Of a stretch of 64,000 nt of DNA, positions 34,807-43,595 are shown piece after piece. The position numbers and the translations under genes were made by a program. The DNA comes from a virus, in IMG/VR virus record IMGVR_UViG_3300005676_000004. One strand, given 5' to 3'. The stretch's first letter is position 1. The number at the start of each line of letters is the position of its first letter. Below the pieces are notes generated by a model. The model did no database searches. It worked only from the letters and a program-made list of their open reading frames with translations, and was not told the origin of the DNA.

Positions 34807-35010
34807 ATGACTGCTGAAATTAAACTCAAAGGATATGTCGCGGGAAGTATGAGTGACATGTCAACTTTTGATGACAATTGGTCAGAAGAAGAGAAGAACG
34901 CGTACTTTGAGAGTTACAATGTTGGAGTTACTGATACAAAGGAGTTTAATAAAGTCCTTGATCAGCTAGTTCCAAAAGTTCACTCTCACGTTCGTCGACG
35001 TGTGAAGTAA
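34807..35010 (+). CDS. hypothetical protein
   Basis: 67 aa ORF. Confidence 0.55.
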   Translation: MTAEIKLKGYVAGSMSDMSTFDDNWSEEEKNAYFESYNVGVTDTKEFNKVLDQLVPKVHSHVRRRVK

Positions 35011-35038
35011 ACATTTTGAAATAAAAAAGAAACGAGCA

Positions 35039-35485
35039 ATGAAACAAGCAAAGAAACAATTTAAGCCAACACCGGGACAAACGTACTGGTATCTCAATTC
35101 TGAGGTCATGCCTGCAAGTGCAATATGGGCAGATACCGTTGTACATTGGACACGCCTTAGTGTCGGTAACTGTTTTGAAGACAGTGAGGGAGAAATAACT
35201 GAATACGAACGGATGTTACGCAACATCACTTCGGGACGCTCTGTAGTGGTTGAAGCACCCGAAGGGTGGGATGTCGTCGGTGTTGGTACAAATATCCCCG
35301 ATGCGGACTCAGAACTATGTGCGCACTCAATAGTATACTTTAAGCGTATCATGCCGCCACCCAAAGAGATCGTGGTAAAGGTGTATAATATTGCGGAACA
35401 CGGTGAGCCTGATACAAGACTTGGTGTGTACAATTTTATCTACCCTGGTAATTACGTCTACGTAAATGAATTGGAGGGATTGTGA
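35039..35485 (+). CDS. family F1 tandem copy 1
   Basis: FKP..GQTYW..GNCF..RSVVVEAPEGW..PPPKEIVVKVY..HG.P..ELEGL. Confidence 0.8.
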   Translation: MKQAKKQFKPTPGQTYWYLNSEVMPASAIWADTVVHWTRLSVGNCFEDSEGEITEYERMLRNITSGRSVVVEAPEGWDVVGVGTNIPDADSELCAHSIVYFKRIMPPPKEIVVKVYNIAEHGEPDTRLGVYNFIYPGNYVYVNELEGL

Positions 35486-35937
35486 TGGAACGATTTAAAC
35501 CAGAGGTGGGACAACCGTATCACTATGTAACCCACTATGGCAGTGTAGAGGTTACTCGTTGGGTAGATGACACTTCGGATCATTTCCGCTACGATGTGGG
35601 TAATTGCTTTCGTACTCACGATGAAGCGAAAGGTAAGATTGATCGCGACGCGGCAATCACTTCTGGCCGCGCTGTTGTTGTTGACCTACCGGAAGGATGG
35701 GAGCTGGATCGGGGTAGAGTTGACAAGGGTATCGCTGGGCTTTATGATTACGAGGCCGATAGAGGCTACGGCGGTCTGGTGGTATGTGTCAAGCGCACTC
35801 CCACTCCCCCACCACCGAAGGAGATTGTGGTGAGGGTGTATGATGTGGAAACACATGGCGATCCGGTTCATGGACGCCTGTACGTGTACATCGGTAAGGG
35901 GCTGTATATCTATCCAAATGAAGCGGAGGGATTGTGA
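35482..35937 (+). CDS. family F1 tandem copy 2
   Basis: Same motifs; GTGA overlap. Confidence 0.8.
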   Translation: MMERFKPEVGQPYHYVTHYGSVEVTRWVDDTSDHFRYDVGNCFRTHDEAKGKIDRDAAITSGRAVVVDLPEGWELDRGRVDKGIAGLYDYEADRGYGGLVVCVKRTPTPPPPKEIVVRVYDVETHGDPVHGRLYVYIGKGLYIYPNEAEGL

Positions 35938-36398
35938 TGGAACGATTTAAACCAGAGGTGGGGCAAGTGTACTACTACGTGGGTAATCATGGTAGGATAG
36001 AGGTTGACACGTGGACAGCCGAAACTATAGATAGGTATCGCTATGATATGGGTAACTGTTTTGGCACGAAAGAGGATTGTCAAGCTAAAATTGACCGCGA
36101 TATAGATATACTTGAACGGATCGCTTGCGGTCAAGCCGTAGTTGTTAATATACCGGATGGATGGGAGGTGGATGCAAGTATGGGTGATTCAGGTTTGACT
36201 GAGCTTTTTGACTGGCAAATGAAGAAAGGGCGTGGGCATGTAAATGTTTTTCTTCAGCGTAAACCATCACTCGCACCCTTAAACATGAACCTTAAAGTAT
36301 ATGATCGAAGAACGCACGGTAAACCGGACGATAATCGAGGATATTGGGTTATGGATGATTTCTTTTACGCCTATCTTAACGAAGCGAAGGAATTGTAA
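35934..36398 (+). CDS. family F1 tandem copy 3
   Basis: Same motifs; 38-nt junction identical to copy 2 (35473-35510 vs 35925-35962). Confidence 0.8.
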   Translation: MMERFKPEVGQVYYYVGNHGRIEVDTWTAETIDRYRYDMGNCFGTKEDCQAKIDRDIDILERIACGQAVVVNIPDGWEVDASMGDSGLTELFDWQMKKGRGHVNVFLQRKPSLAPLNMNLKVYDRRTHGKPDDNRGYWVMDDFFYAYLNEAKEL

Positions 36399-36868
36399 TG
36401 AAACGTTTTAAACCAAAAAGTGAAGAGAAGTACTGGTCATGTGGGGGCGATGGTTTTCCATTTCTACAGACGTGGGGTGGTTCGGATGATGACAAACGTA
36501 GATATGAAATAGGCAACTGTTTTCGAACTGTGGAGGATGCCGAAGTATATGCAGACATGTTCAAAGCAATCGCCTCGGGTCGTGCCGTCATGGTAAATAT
36601 ACCGGATGGATGGGAGGTAGATAGGGATAGGGGAGTAGATGGCATAAACGACCTTGTTCCTGGTGAAATTCAACTACAGCGTGGATCAATACATGTTTAT
36701 GTAAAGAAATGTACCACACCACCACAACCTCCGCCGAAAAAGGCTAAGGTGACGGTGAAGGTATATGATGTTACGATACACGGCGAACCAAATAAACAGC
36801 GTCCACACCAATACCTTACAAATTCGTATCTGTGCTACATCTACACTGACGAAATGGAAGGGCTGTGA
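36398..36868 (+). CDS. family F1 tandem copy 4
   Basis: Same motifs; TAATG overlap. Confidence 0.8.
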   Translation: MKRFKPKSEEKYWSCGGDGFPFLQTWGGSDDDKRRYEIGNCFRTVEDAEVYADMFKAIASGRAVMVNIPDGWEVDRDRGVDGINDLVPGEIQLQRGSIHVYVKKCTTPPQPPPKKAKVTVKVYDVTIHGEPNKQRPHQYLTNSYLCYIYTDEMEGL

Positions 36869-37299
36869 TGAAGCGTTTTAAGCCAGGCAATGGAGAAGAA
36901 TACCATTTTAGCACTAGTGCTGGTGAGATTGGGACAGCCGTATGGCAAGATAATTACAGTGACATCCAGAGGTATCTTCTTGGTAACTGTTTCCGAACAA
37001 TAAAGGAAACTCAAGCTAAAATAAACAACGACAAAGCTATTGCCGCAGGACGTGTTGTTATGGTCAATGTTCCAGATGGATACGAAATAGATTTTATACG
37101 ACCAAGCGAACATAACAATTTTCGTTGGTCTGAAGTACATTTCAAGCCTATCCCACCACCACTACCGCCGAAGGAGATTGTAGTGAAGGTGTATGACGAG
37201 GCTATCCATGGGCAACCTTCACCGAGTAGGCCGTGGGAGCTAATCGATGATCGCCTTCTTACAAAGTATTACTACACCGACGAACTGGAGGGGCTGTGA
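36865..37299 (+). CDS. family F1 tandem copy 5
   Basis: Same motifs; GTGA overlap. Confidence 0.8.
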   Translation: MMKRFKPGNGEEYHFSTSAGEIGTAVWQDNYSDIQRYLLGNCFRTIKETQAKINNDKAIAAGRVVMVNVPDGYEIDFIRPSEHNNFRWSEVHFKPIPPPLPPKEIVVKVYDEAIHGQPSPSRPWELIDDRLLTKYYYTDELEGL

Positions 37300-37493
37300 A
37301 GCGGTACGATCAATTTGGCTACGATTCGGGCTTGTTCCCATGCAAGGATGGTGAATGGGTTTTCTACGACGAAGTGGAAGAGATAGCCAAACGGCTGGAG
37401 ACGCTTAAACTGTTTCTTCGGGAAGACCCGAAATACGTGTACGAGCAACTCACCGCCATCGTCAACGAAATCAGAGGTACTAATGAACATTGA
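37296..37493 (+). CDS. small protein (pair with 37731-37970)
   Basis: RYDQFG..GEW..Y.EV.EIA.RLE.L..AIVNEI. Confidence 0.65.
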   Translation: MKRYDQFGYDSGLFPCKDGEWVFYDEVEEIAKRLETLKLFLREDPKYVYEQLTAIVNEIRGTNEH

Positions 37494-37734
37494 GGAAGCA
37501 CTCGCAGAAATCAAGCGGTTACGTGATGCACTGGGCCTTATTGCCAGTATCTACGAGCGTGAGTCTCCGACAGTGATGTATCGTGTGGCGCAAGCCGCAT
37601 ACGATATGCGGTGTGTTGCACGTACAGTACTTCTGCCAGTAGAGGAGCGGAAACATACTAATGTTCAGCCACCACAACCTCCGCCACCTACAAGCCCAGG
37701 TGTGGTAGCAATAACGGAAGGAGTAAAACCATGA
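37483..37734 (+). CDS. hypothetical protein
   Basis: 83 aa, GAGG RBS. Confidence 0.6.
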   Translation: MNIEEALAEIKRLRDALGLIASIYERESPTVMYRVAQAAYDMRCVARTVLLPVEERKHTNVQPPQPPPPTSPGVVAITEGVKP

Positions 37735-37970
37735 GCATCCCAACAAAAGAGCAACTTGATGAAATACTATTAAGACGCTACAATCAATTCGGCTTTGAAG
37801 GTAGAATGGTAGAGTCTGAATATGGGGATTGGACATGGTATCACGATGTAAAAGAGATAGCTGAGAGGTTAGAAAATTTACGGGTGATTCTGTCGCCCGA
37901 TATGCATGTCATAGACAATGTAACAAATGAACTCGCCGCTATTATCAACGAAATTAAGGGAAAACAATGA
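37731..37970 (+). CDS. small protein (pair with 37296-37493)
   Basis: RYNQFG..GDW..Y.DV.EIA.RLE.L..AIINEI. Confidence 0.65.
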   Translation: MSIPTKEQLDEILLRRYNQFGFEGRMVESEYGDWTWYHDVKEIAERLENLRVILSPDMHVIDNVTNELAAIINEIKGKQ

Positions 37971-38242
37971 GTACCCTACGACTTGTAAACAAACAACCGA
38001 TGGAGACGCTGCCTGTAGCTGGCGACAGAGGATGTTTTATTGAGTACAATGATGTCAGCGTACACATGATATGGCGGCGTGATTTAATCGAAGAACTTCG
38101 AGAGTACGAGGCGGTAAAGCGTGGAGAGAGGACGATGATGAGTCCAACCGCTTGGTCGTATACCGCAACATTTGAACCGGAAATAACAAATAAAGAGAGC
38201 AAAAATGAGCACCCTACGACTTGTAAACGGTCAACCGATTAA
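37967..38242 (+). CDS. family F6 unit 1
   Basis: MSTLRLVN..ETLP..AWSYTATFEPE. Confidence 0.7.
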   Translation: MSTLRLVNKQPMETLPVAGDRGCFIEYNDVSVHMIWRRDLIEELREYEAVKRGERTMMSPTAWSYTATFEPEITNKESKNEHPTTCKRSTD

Positions 38243-38696
38243 TACCTTACCCGAAGAAGACATATTGGTCTTTTTTCAAATCGTATGGATTGACGATGGA
38301 CCATTACAAGGATCATCGATAGTAAAATCTAGCCATGTTAATTGTGTCCGTGACCATTTAAGGGATGGCTGTGGAATGATTCCAATAGCTTGGTCATATA
38401 CCGCAACATTTGAACCAGAAACAACCACACGGGAGCAAAAACATGAAAACCCTACGACTTGAGAATCCACAACGAATGGAAGACCTACCGTGGCCCGCTG
38501 AGCACGAAGGTTTGTTTTATGACTACACATGGCAGGATAGTTATAAAGATTCACCGAAACGTCAAGTATCTGCCTTGACAACAGATACTATTGAGGAGTG
38601 GCGTAAATATGCACATTGCTTGTTTGTACTACACGCCTGGTCGTACACTGCAACATTTGAACCAGAAATAACAAATAAAGAGAGCAAAAATGAGCA
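38151..38696. repeat. three conserved ~60-78 nt junction repeats (38151, 38389, 38637)
   Basis: ggtcRtaYacYgcaacatttgaaccRgaaa..gagcaaaaa(c)atga; unit ATGs spaced 238, 238 and 247 nt. Confidence 0.85.
38205..38462 (+). CDS. family F6 unit 2
   Basis: MSTLRLVN..NTLP..AWSYTATFEPE. Confidence 0.7.
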   Translation: MSTLRLVNGQPINTLPEEDILVFFQIVWIDDGPLQGSSIVKSSHVNCVRDHLRDGCGMIPIAWSYTATFEPETTTREQKHENPTT

Positions 38697-38859
38697 AAAG
38701 ACAATCCCAATGCCCGAACTGAAGTTGGGAGGTGATCATGACCTTTCAGTGTACCTGAACGACGTATGCATTTTTGCACACCCTTTTGACAAAGATAGTG
38801 TTGTGGGTATTTACTCCACGTTAAAAGAAGCCCTAAACAAGGAGACGAACGATGAGTGA
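38443..38859 (+). CDS. family F6 unit 3 fused to an unrelated C-terminal segment
   Basis: MKTLRLEN..AWSYTATFEPEITNKESKNE, then continues ~55 aa. Confidence 0.65.
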   Translation: MKTLRLENPQRMEDLPWPAEHEGLFYDYTWQDSYKDSPKRQVSALTTDTIEEWRKYAHCLFVLHAWSYTATFEPEITNKESKNEQKTIPMPELKLGGDHDLSVYLNDVCIFAHPFDKDSVVGIYSTLKEALNKETNDE

Positions 38860-38947
38860 AGAAATTCCCGTTATTGTCAACGTAGCATTTGTGGCGATAA
38901 TCGTTACTTTGATCCTAGCATTTGTTTTTTGGATACAGGAATATTAA
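38852..38947 (+). CDS. small membrane peptide (31 aa)
   Basis: Hand-translated MSEEIPVIVNVAFVAIIVTLILAFVFWIQEY; GGAG RBS. Confidence 0.5.
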   Translation: MSEEIPVIVNVAFVAIIVTLILAFVFWIQEY

Positions 38948-38953
38948 TGAACA

Positions 38954-39193
38954 ATGAATACAGGAGACCACTCAATGAGTGAAGCAGACGGTAGTAATCG
39001 ATTCCTACAGGGCTACTTGTGCGCAGTCGCGACACTCCAGCGCATTGAGAATCCAACAAGCAATGGCATCTCAATGCTCGTTTCCGAATTGTACAAAGCT
39101 GGAGTCGGGAACATGACGATTGAAGAAATCAAAAAAGCTGGTATTGATGAGTATGACCTTGAAGTAATCAGGAGAATCGCCAGCGATGAGTAA
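38954..39193 (+). CDS. hypothetical protein
   Basis: 79 aa ORF. Confidence 0.6.
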   Translation: MNTGDHSMSEADGSNRFLQGYLCAVATLQRIENPTSNGISMLVSELYKAGVGNMTIEEIKKAGIDEYDLEVIRRIASDE

Positions 39194-39428
39194 CCGTAGA
39201 TGGAGACAGGGTGTGTCGTCACGCGACCCGTATTGTCCGCACTGTGACGCATACGTAGGTCGCATCGTTGCGGATGAAAGTCAATTTCCTCCAATGGAGA
39301 TTTCCGCAAACACGTCGACCGACCACGATGTCGTTATGACGTGTAATCAATGCGGCAAGGATTTTGGGTTGACGCGATCAATTCTACTAACAGTAACCTA
39401 TGAGACAAAAAAGGAGACTACTCGATGA
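39186..39428 (+). CDS. zinc-ribbon protein
   Basis: CPHC...CNQCGKDF. Confidence 0.7.
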   Translation: MSNRRWRQGVSSRDPYCPHCDAYVGRIVADESQFPPMEISANTSTDHDVVMTCNQCGKDFGLTRSILLTVTYETKKETTR

Positions 39429-39910
39429 AGCTAGATGACATTGACTGGAAGATATCCCAAGAAGATGAAGCCTTGATCCGGAAAATTGTAAACCGAGTTG
39501 CTGAACATGCTTTTGATAAGTTTGACGTCGTGTCGGCGATGATGGACGTTTACGTGGTACATCGCTACATTTGTCCGCTAGACCTCAAACGTATGGCAGA
39601 CGGCAAGGATGCGGACATCATACACGACGTGTATGGCATCATGAAGAACCTCAACCGCAACTCTATAAAGCTCAAAAATTACTTCATCCCACGATTTGAA
39701 CTGCGGGACAAGGATAGTGAAGACAGTGACGCAACTACGTCACCATCAGTTGAACTACTTCACACGTATCTTCAAATTCCCGACCTTACGCAGTTTTCAA
39801 CACAAGAAATAGATAAAATTTTGGTATTGGCTGACACCATTGCTCAAACCATGATGTTTGAACTTAAAAAACGGCACTCATCAGAACTCATAGAGGAGAA
39901 TAAATCATGA
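39425..39910 (+). CDS. DUF6874-like protein
   Basis: MD..VH..CPLDL..HDVYGI..LNR..L.N.FIPRF. Confidence 0.65.
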   Translation: MKLDDIDWKISQEDEALIRKIVNRVAEHAFDKFDVVSAMMDVYVVHRYICPLDLKRMADGKDADIIHDVYGIMKNLNRNSIKLKNYFIPRFELRDKDSEDSDATTSPSVELLHTYLQIPDLTQFSTQEIDKILVLADTIAQTMMFELKKRHSSELIEENKS

Positions 39911-40299
39911 CTGTATTTGAAGAATTTTTCGCAAATCTAGATTCTGACTCTAAAAATTTTTTTGAACAATTTTATGGTTTTGTAGAAAGCACCTCCGCTC
40001 AACGTGCGATGATCGTAGACCTACAAGATAAGATTAAGAAACATGAAATCACTATAGCTGAACAAGAGGCACAGATTAGTGAGTTGGAGCTTCTTCTCAA
40101 CAAACGAAACGCATACATATCACAACTTGAATACGCTGTTAAGGTCAACTTACAAGATGAGCCAAATCTAACCGAAATACGACGCAAGTTGTTTGATGAG
40201 ATACAGGAAGGAATCAAGTATCTAGAAACTGCTCGTGATATGGTAGCTAGTCTTAAGAATGACGTTGAAAAATCAACACAAACCAACACAGAGTCCTAA
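39907..40299 (+). CDS. coiled-coil protein
   Basis: Heptad-rich 130 aa. Confidence 0.65.
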   Translation: MTVFEEFFANLDSDSKNFFEQFYGFVESTSAQRAMIVDLQDKIKKHEITIAEQEAQISELELLLNKRNAYISQLEYAVKVNLQDEPNLTEIRRKLFDEIQEGIKYLETARDMVASLKNDVEKSTQTNTES

Positions 40300-40301
40300 C
40301 A

Positions 40302-40508
40302 ATGACTATCAGAAAATTTTTTAAGAAGTTACATTCATTGGTAACTCTTGAGTTCATCTCTCCCGCCGAAAACATTAGTAAAGTTGTACTGTTTGATGAA
40401 CTTTCTAAAGCATTTGAGCGAGAACGAAAATTGCGTAATGAAGTTTATGCTTTGACGCTAGAAGTAGCCTCCCTTAAAGAGCAACTCGCACAACGCCAAC
40501 ATGACTAG
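40302..40508 (+). CDS. small coiled-coil protein
   Basis: 68 aa ORF. Confidence 0.55.
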   Translation: MTIRKFFKKLHSLVTLEFISPAENISKVVLFDELSKAFERERKLRNEVYALTLEVASLKEQLAQRQHD

Positions 40509-40722
40509 AAAACATAAGACTCGGGAAGAACTTATTCGGGAGATGCGTATACTCCGAAAGAAGCAGAAACGAACCCAAGAGCAGTTGGACACTATTCAAA
40601 CGAATATTGAGAACGTGACAGACGCCTTGACAGTCATCGTAAACACGACCCGAGCATTAAAACGAAAGATGAATCCTCTGCGCATACTGACGTCAATATT
40701 GCAGTCAGATGACGAGGGTTAA
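40501..40722 (+). CDS. small coiled-coil protein
   Basis: 73 aa ORF. Confidence 0.55.
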   Translation: MTRKHKTREELIREMRILRKKQKRTQEQLDTIQTNIENVTDALTVIVNTTRALKRKMNPLRILTSILQSDDEG

Positions 40723-40814
40723 CACCATTCTACATGTTGGACGTGATACAAAAACGAGAAAATGCATAATACGTATAAGTACGTAGTGTTTTTGCAATAT
40801 ATGGCTGTATATTC

Positions 40815-40841
40815 GTGAAACATTTGAACGGCAAGGTCGTT
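40815..40841 (+). promoter_or_regulatory. ECF-sigma-type promoter motif
   Basis: G-TGAAAC-N16-CGTT, 20 nt upstream of ATG 40862. Confidence 0.5.
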
Positions 40842-40861
40842 GTAACCCCCAAGGTGGAATT

Positions 40862-41296
40862 ATGAAACACAAGAAAACAAGTGAGGTGTCTTTGGTTGAG
40901 CGTGGTAAAATGTTTTGCATCAATCACGGTGCAAATCAAACTCCGTACTGGGGAGGTAAAAGCTGTGATAACTTCACAACATCATTTGGAACGACAACTG
41001 TGAAGTACGTATGTCCAGATTGTGTAGCTAAACTTGTTCCAGTTGAACGTCGAAAGACTGAAGTGATTGATCCATTAACGGGTGAGAAACGAAAACCAGG
41101 TAGACCACGAAAAAATCCACCAAAGGTTTTACAACTAGATGAAAATGGTCAACCTATTCGTCGTGGTAGAGGACGGCCAGCAGGTGCAAAAAATAAGGCT
41201 ACGTTGGAACGGGAGCGTATGATTCGAGAAGGAACTATCGTCGTAGACAGCAGACCAAAACGTGGTCGAGGACGTCCACGTAAAGACTCTAACTAA
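40862..41296 (+). CDS. Cys/His-motif plus triple AT-hook DNA-binding protein
   Basis: CINH..C..CPDC; KPGRPRK, RGRGRP, RGRGRPRK. Confidence 0.75.
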   Translation: MKHKKTSEVSLVERGKMFCINHGANQTPYWGGKSCDNFTTSFGTTTVKYVCPDCVAKLVPVERRKTEVIDPLTGEKRKPGRPRKNPPKVLQLDENGQPIRRGRGRPAGAKNKATLERERMIREGTIVVDSRPKRGRGRPRKDSN

Positions 41297-41319
41297 ATTA
41301 AACTTTCTCAACAAAACGA

Positions 41320-41850
41320 ATGCGACCAATCATGACTGCAATACAAGCAAGAAACAAGCATATCCGTCGATGGAGTGCATACGTAATTATGTTCTTCGTA
41401 ATTGACTGGCTCATAATGTTTTTTAACGGCACTTGGAACTCATTCATAACGGGAGCTATAAAGGACATGGGGCATCTATACCCATTTGGGTTTGTATGGT
41501 TTATAAATCTCATTGGGTTGCCCAACTTAGCTACAAATTTAGGTTCTCTTATCTATATTCTAGTTACAAAGCACGTGTTGATATGGTCACTCGGCGTAAT
41601 ACCTCTAACACTCACCTTTGAATCTGAGCGTCTCGCTGGGGTAACGTTACGATCGTTCATCATCACCATTAGTGTCGTTTTAGTGTCATTAATGTTAGGT
41701 TTACTATGTGGTTGGTATGGATGGTTACCAGTTTTACTCTTTATAGCTAAAATTATGTCAACGAGTAACTACACCAATTCATTCGGCGACAACGGCGAAC
41801 TCAGTAAGACATTACGAGTCATAATTAATGACGAGGAGACACCAGAATGA
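41320..41850 (+). CDS. multi-pass membrane protein
   Basis: About four to five hydrophobic segments. Confidence 0.7.
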   Translation: MRPIMTAIQARNKHIRRWSAYVIMFFVIDWLIMFFNGTWNSFITGAIKDMGHLYPFGFVWFINLIGLPNLATNLGSLIYILVTKHVLIWSLGVIPLTLTFESERLAGVTLRSFIITISVVLVSLMLGLLCGWYGWLPVLLFIAKIMSTSNYTNSFGDNGELSKTLRVIINDEETPE

Positions 41851-41987
41851 GTATCTTACTAATATTAGCCACAATCGTCGTACTGATTGTTACAGCGGTT
41901 ATTGTGGCACTAGTAATTGAACGAAACTCGTATGAGAACGACTCCTACGATGACAGTGTACTCACATCGTTGTATAGTGAAGAATGA
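41847..41987 (+). CDS. small membrane protein (46 aa)
   Basis: Hand-translated MSILLILATIVVLIVTAVIVALVIERN..; ATGA overlaps at both ends. Confidence 0.55.
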   Translation: MSILLILATIVVLIVTAVIVALVIERNSYENDSYDDSVLTSLYSEE

Positions 41988-43060
41988 ACGATACACAATT
42001 ACAGCGCGTTGAGTTTAGACTTGGAGAACTGTTTAGTGGGCCAGGTGGGTTAGCACTTGGAGCTATCAACAGCTCCATTGAAGCTAATGAAAGGATATAT
42101 TCCATACAACACGCTTGGGCTTCTGACTACGATAAGGATACGTGTGAGACATACCGTCGGAACATCTGTCCTGATAATCACACATCTGTAATTTGTGAAG
42201 ATGTTAGTAATTTAGAGTTTGATCAGTTAGGGGAAATAGACGCCCTGTCATTTGGATTTCCATGTAACGACTTCAGTGTTGTGGGGGAGCGAAAAGGTAC
42301 TAATGGTAAGTTTGGACAATTGTATCAATATGGAGTTTCGGCACTTAAATTTTTCCAACCTTTATTTTTCGTTGCTGAGAACGTGGGTGGTTTGCGCAAT
42401 TCAAACGATGGGAATGCCCTCCGCACAATCTTGAATGAGTTGGAGAGTAGCGGATACAACGTAGTCCCACACTACTATCAGTTTGAACAATACGGAGTGC
42501 CACAAGCAAGGCATAGAATAGTTATTGTAGGAATACGTGATGATTTGGGAATCGATTTCAAGGTTCCAGCTCCGTTAACAACACCTCCGATTACATCCCG
42601 CATGGCACTTGAAAATCCACCAATTGATATTAATGCTCCCAACCATACATTTGTAAAGCAGTCTGACCGAGTGGTTGAACGTTTGAAATACATCAAGGCT
42701 GGTGAAAATGCGTTTACTGCTAACATTCCAGACGACTTAAAATTAAATGTCAAAGGCGCGAAGATCAGCACAATATACAAAAGACTTGATCCCGACAAGC
42801 CAGCATACACCATTACAGGGAGCGGGGGCGGAGGAACACATGTTTACCATTGGAGTGAAAATCGCGCATTAACAAATCGCGAACGTGCACGACTACAAAC
42901 TTTTCCAGATTCATTTGTATTTTCAGGCTCTCGTGAAAGTGTTCGTAAACAAATCGGCATGGCTGTGCCACCCGTGGCATCTAAAATAATTTTTACGTCA
43001 ATTTTACAATGTTTGGCTGGGGTTGAATACCCAAATGTAGAACACTCAATTTGGAAATGA
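41984..43060 (+). CDS. DNA (cytosine-5)-methyltransferase, Dcm-like
   Basis: Motif I ELFSGPGG, IV GFPCNDFS, VI ENVGGL, VIII QARHRIV, IX RERARLQTFPD, X QIGMAVPP. Confidence 0.92.
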   Translation: MNDTQLQRVEFRLGELFSGPGGLALGAINSSIEANERIYSIQHAWASDYDKDTCETYRRNICPDNHTSVICEDVSNLEFDQLGEIDALSFGFPCNDFSVVGERKGTNGKFGQLYQYGVSALKFFQPLFFVAENVGGLRNSNDGNALRTILNELESSGYNVVPHYYQFEQYGVPQARHRIVIVGIRDDLGIDFKVPAPLTTPPITSRMALENPPIDINAPNHTFVKQSDRVVERLKYIKAGENAFTANIPDDLKLNVKGAKISTIYKRLDPDKPAYTITGSGGGGTHVYHWSENRALTNRERARLQTFPDSFVFSGSRESVRKQIGMAVPPVASKIIFTSILQCLAGVEYPNVEHSIWK

Positions 43061-43368
43061 AACGGTTTTTTCGTATATTTGAAACCATGGACACAAAACT
43101 TCGCATCAAGTACTCCACGAAGTTCATCACCGATCTTCGTCGTTTTTTCCCAGATGATCCTGAAATAGTTGAGATGGCGGAAAATGGGGACACTAGTATT
43201 GGAACCATCCTACTCAGACGATCCGAGATCATTAAGGGGTTGATAAGAACACAAAAACGGTACGCAAACACGCGAGTACCGAAGTTTAATCGTATAAACG
43301 ATCTTATTAAGACGTGGCAAACTGAGATAGCAGATGCTGGTATCATAATTCCGCTTGAGGGTAACTAA
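43051..43368 (+). CDS. hypothetical protein
   Basis: 105 aa ORF. Confidence 0.55.
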   Translation: MEMKRFFRIFETMDTKLRIKYSTKFITDLRRFFPDDPEIVEMAENGDTSIGTILLRRSEIIKGLIRTQKRYANTRVPKFNRINDLIKTWQTEIADAGIIIPLEGN

Positions 43369-43583
43369 TGCGTGATGTAGCTATATCTCTAGATCAGATG
43401 CGCTTCATACTAGAAGAAGAGTATGCAGCTTGGGTTGGCGAAGACTTTGATCGCGAATATACATTAGTGGAACTACAAGATATGTTCGGTCATCTTCTGC
43501 TGACTGTTGAGAAGAATGGAATCATTCGCGGCAAAGATTTTGGCGGTAAGACTAGAAAACTTGCACATACAATACAACAATAA
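43368..43583 (+). CDS. hypothetical protein
   Basis: 71 aa, TAATG overlap. Confidence 0.6.
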   Translation: MRDVAISLDQMRFILEEEYAAWVGEDFDREYTLVELQDMFGHLLLTVEKNGIIRGKDFGGKTRKLAHTIQQ

Positions 43584-43595
43584 CTAAGGAACACT

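Noticed and set aside
34172-37299. Diversity-generating retroelement as the source of F1 variation
   Set aside because: No reverse transcriptase in the window, and differences are not adenine-restricted between a TR/VR pair
37967-38700. CRISPR array interpretation of the periodic repeats
   Set aside because: Repeats are 60-78 nt and coding, spacers about 150-170 nt, and no cas genes or leader are present
41984-43583. Complete type II restriction-modification system
   Set aside because: Neighbours are short ORFs with no PD-(D/E)xK, HNH or GIY-YIG motif
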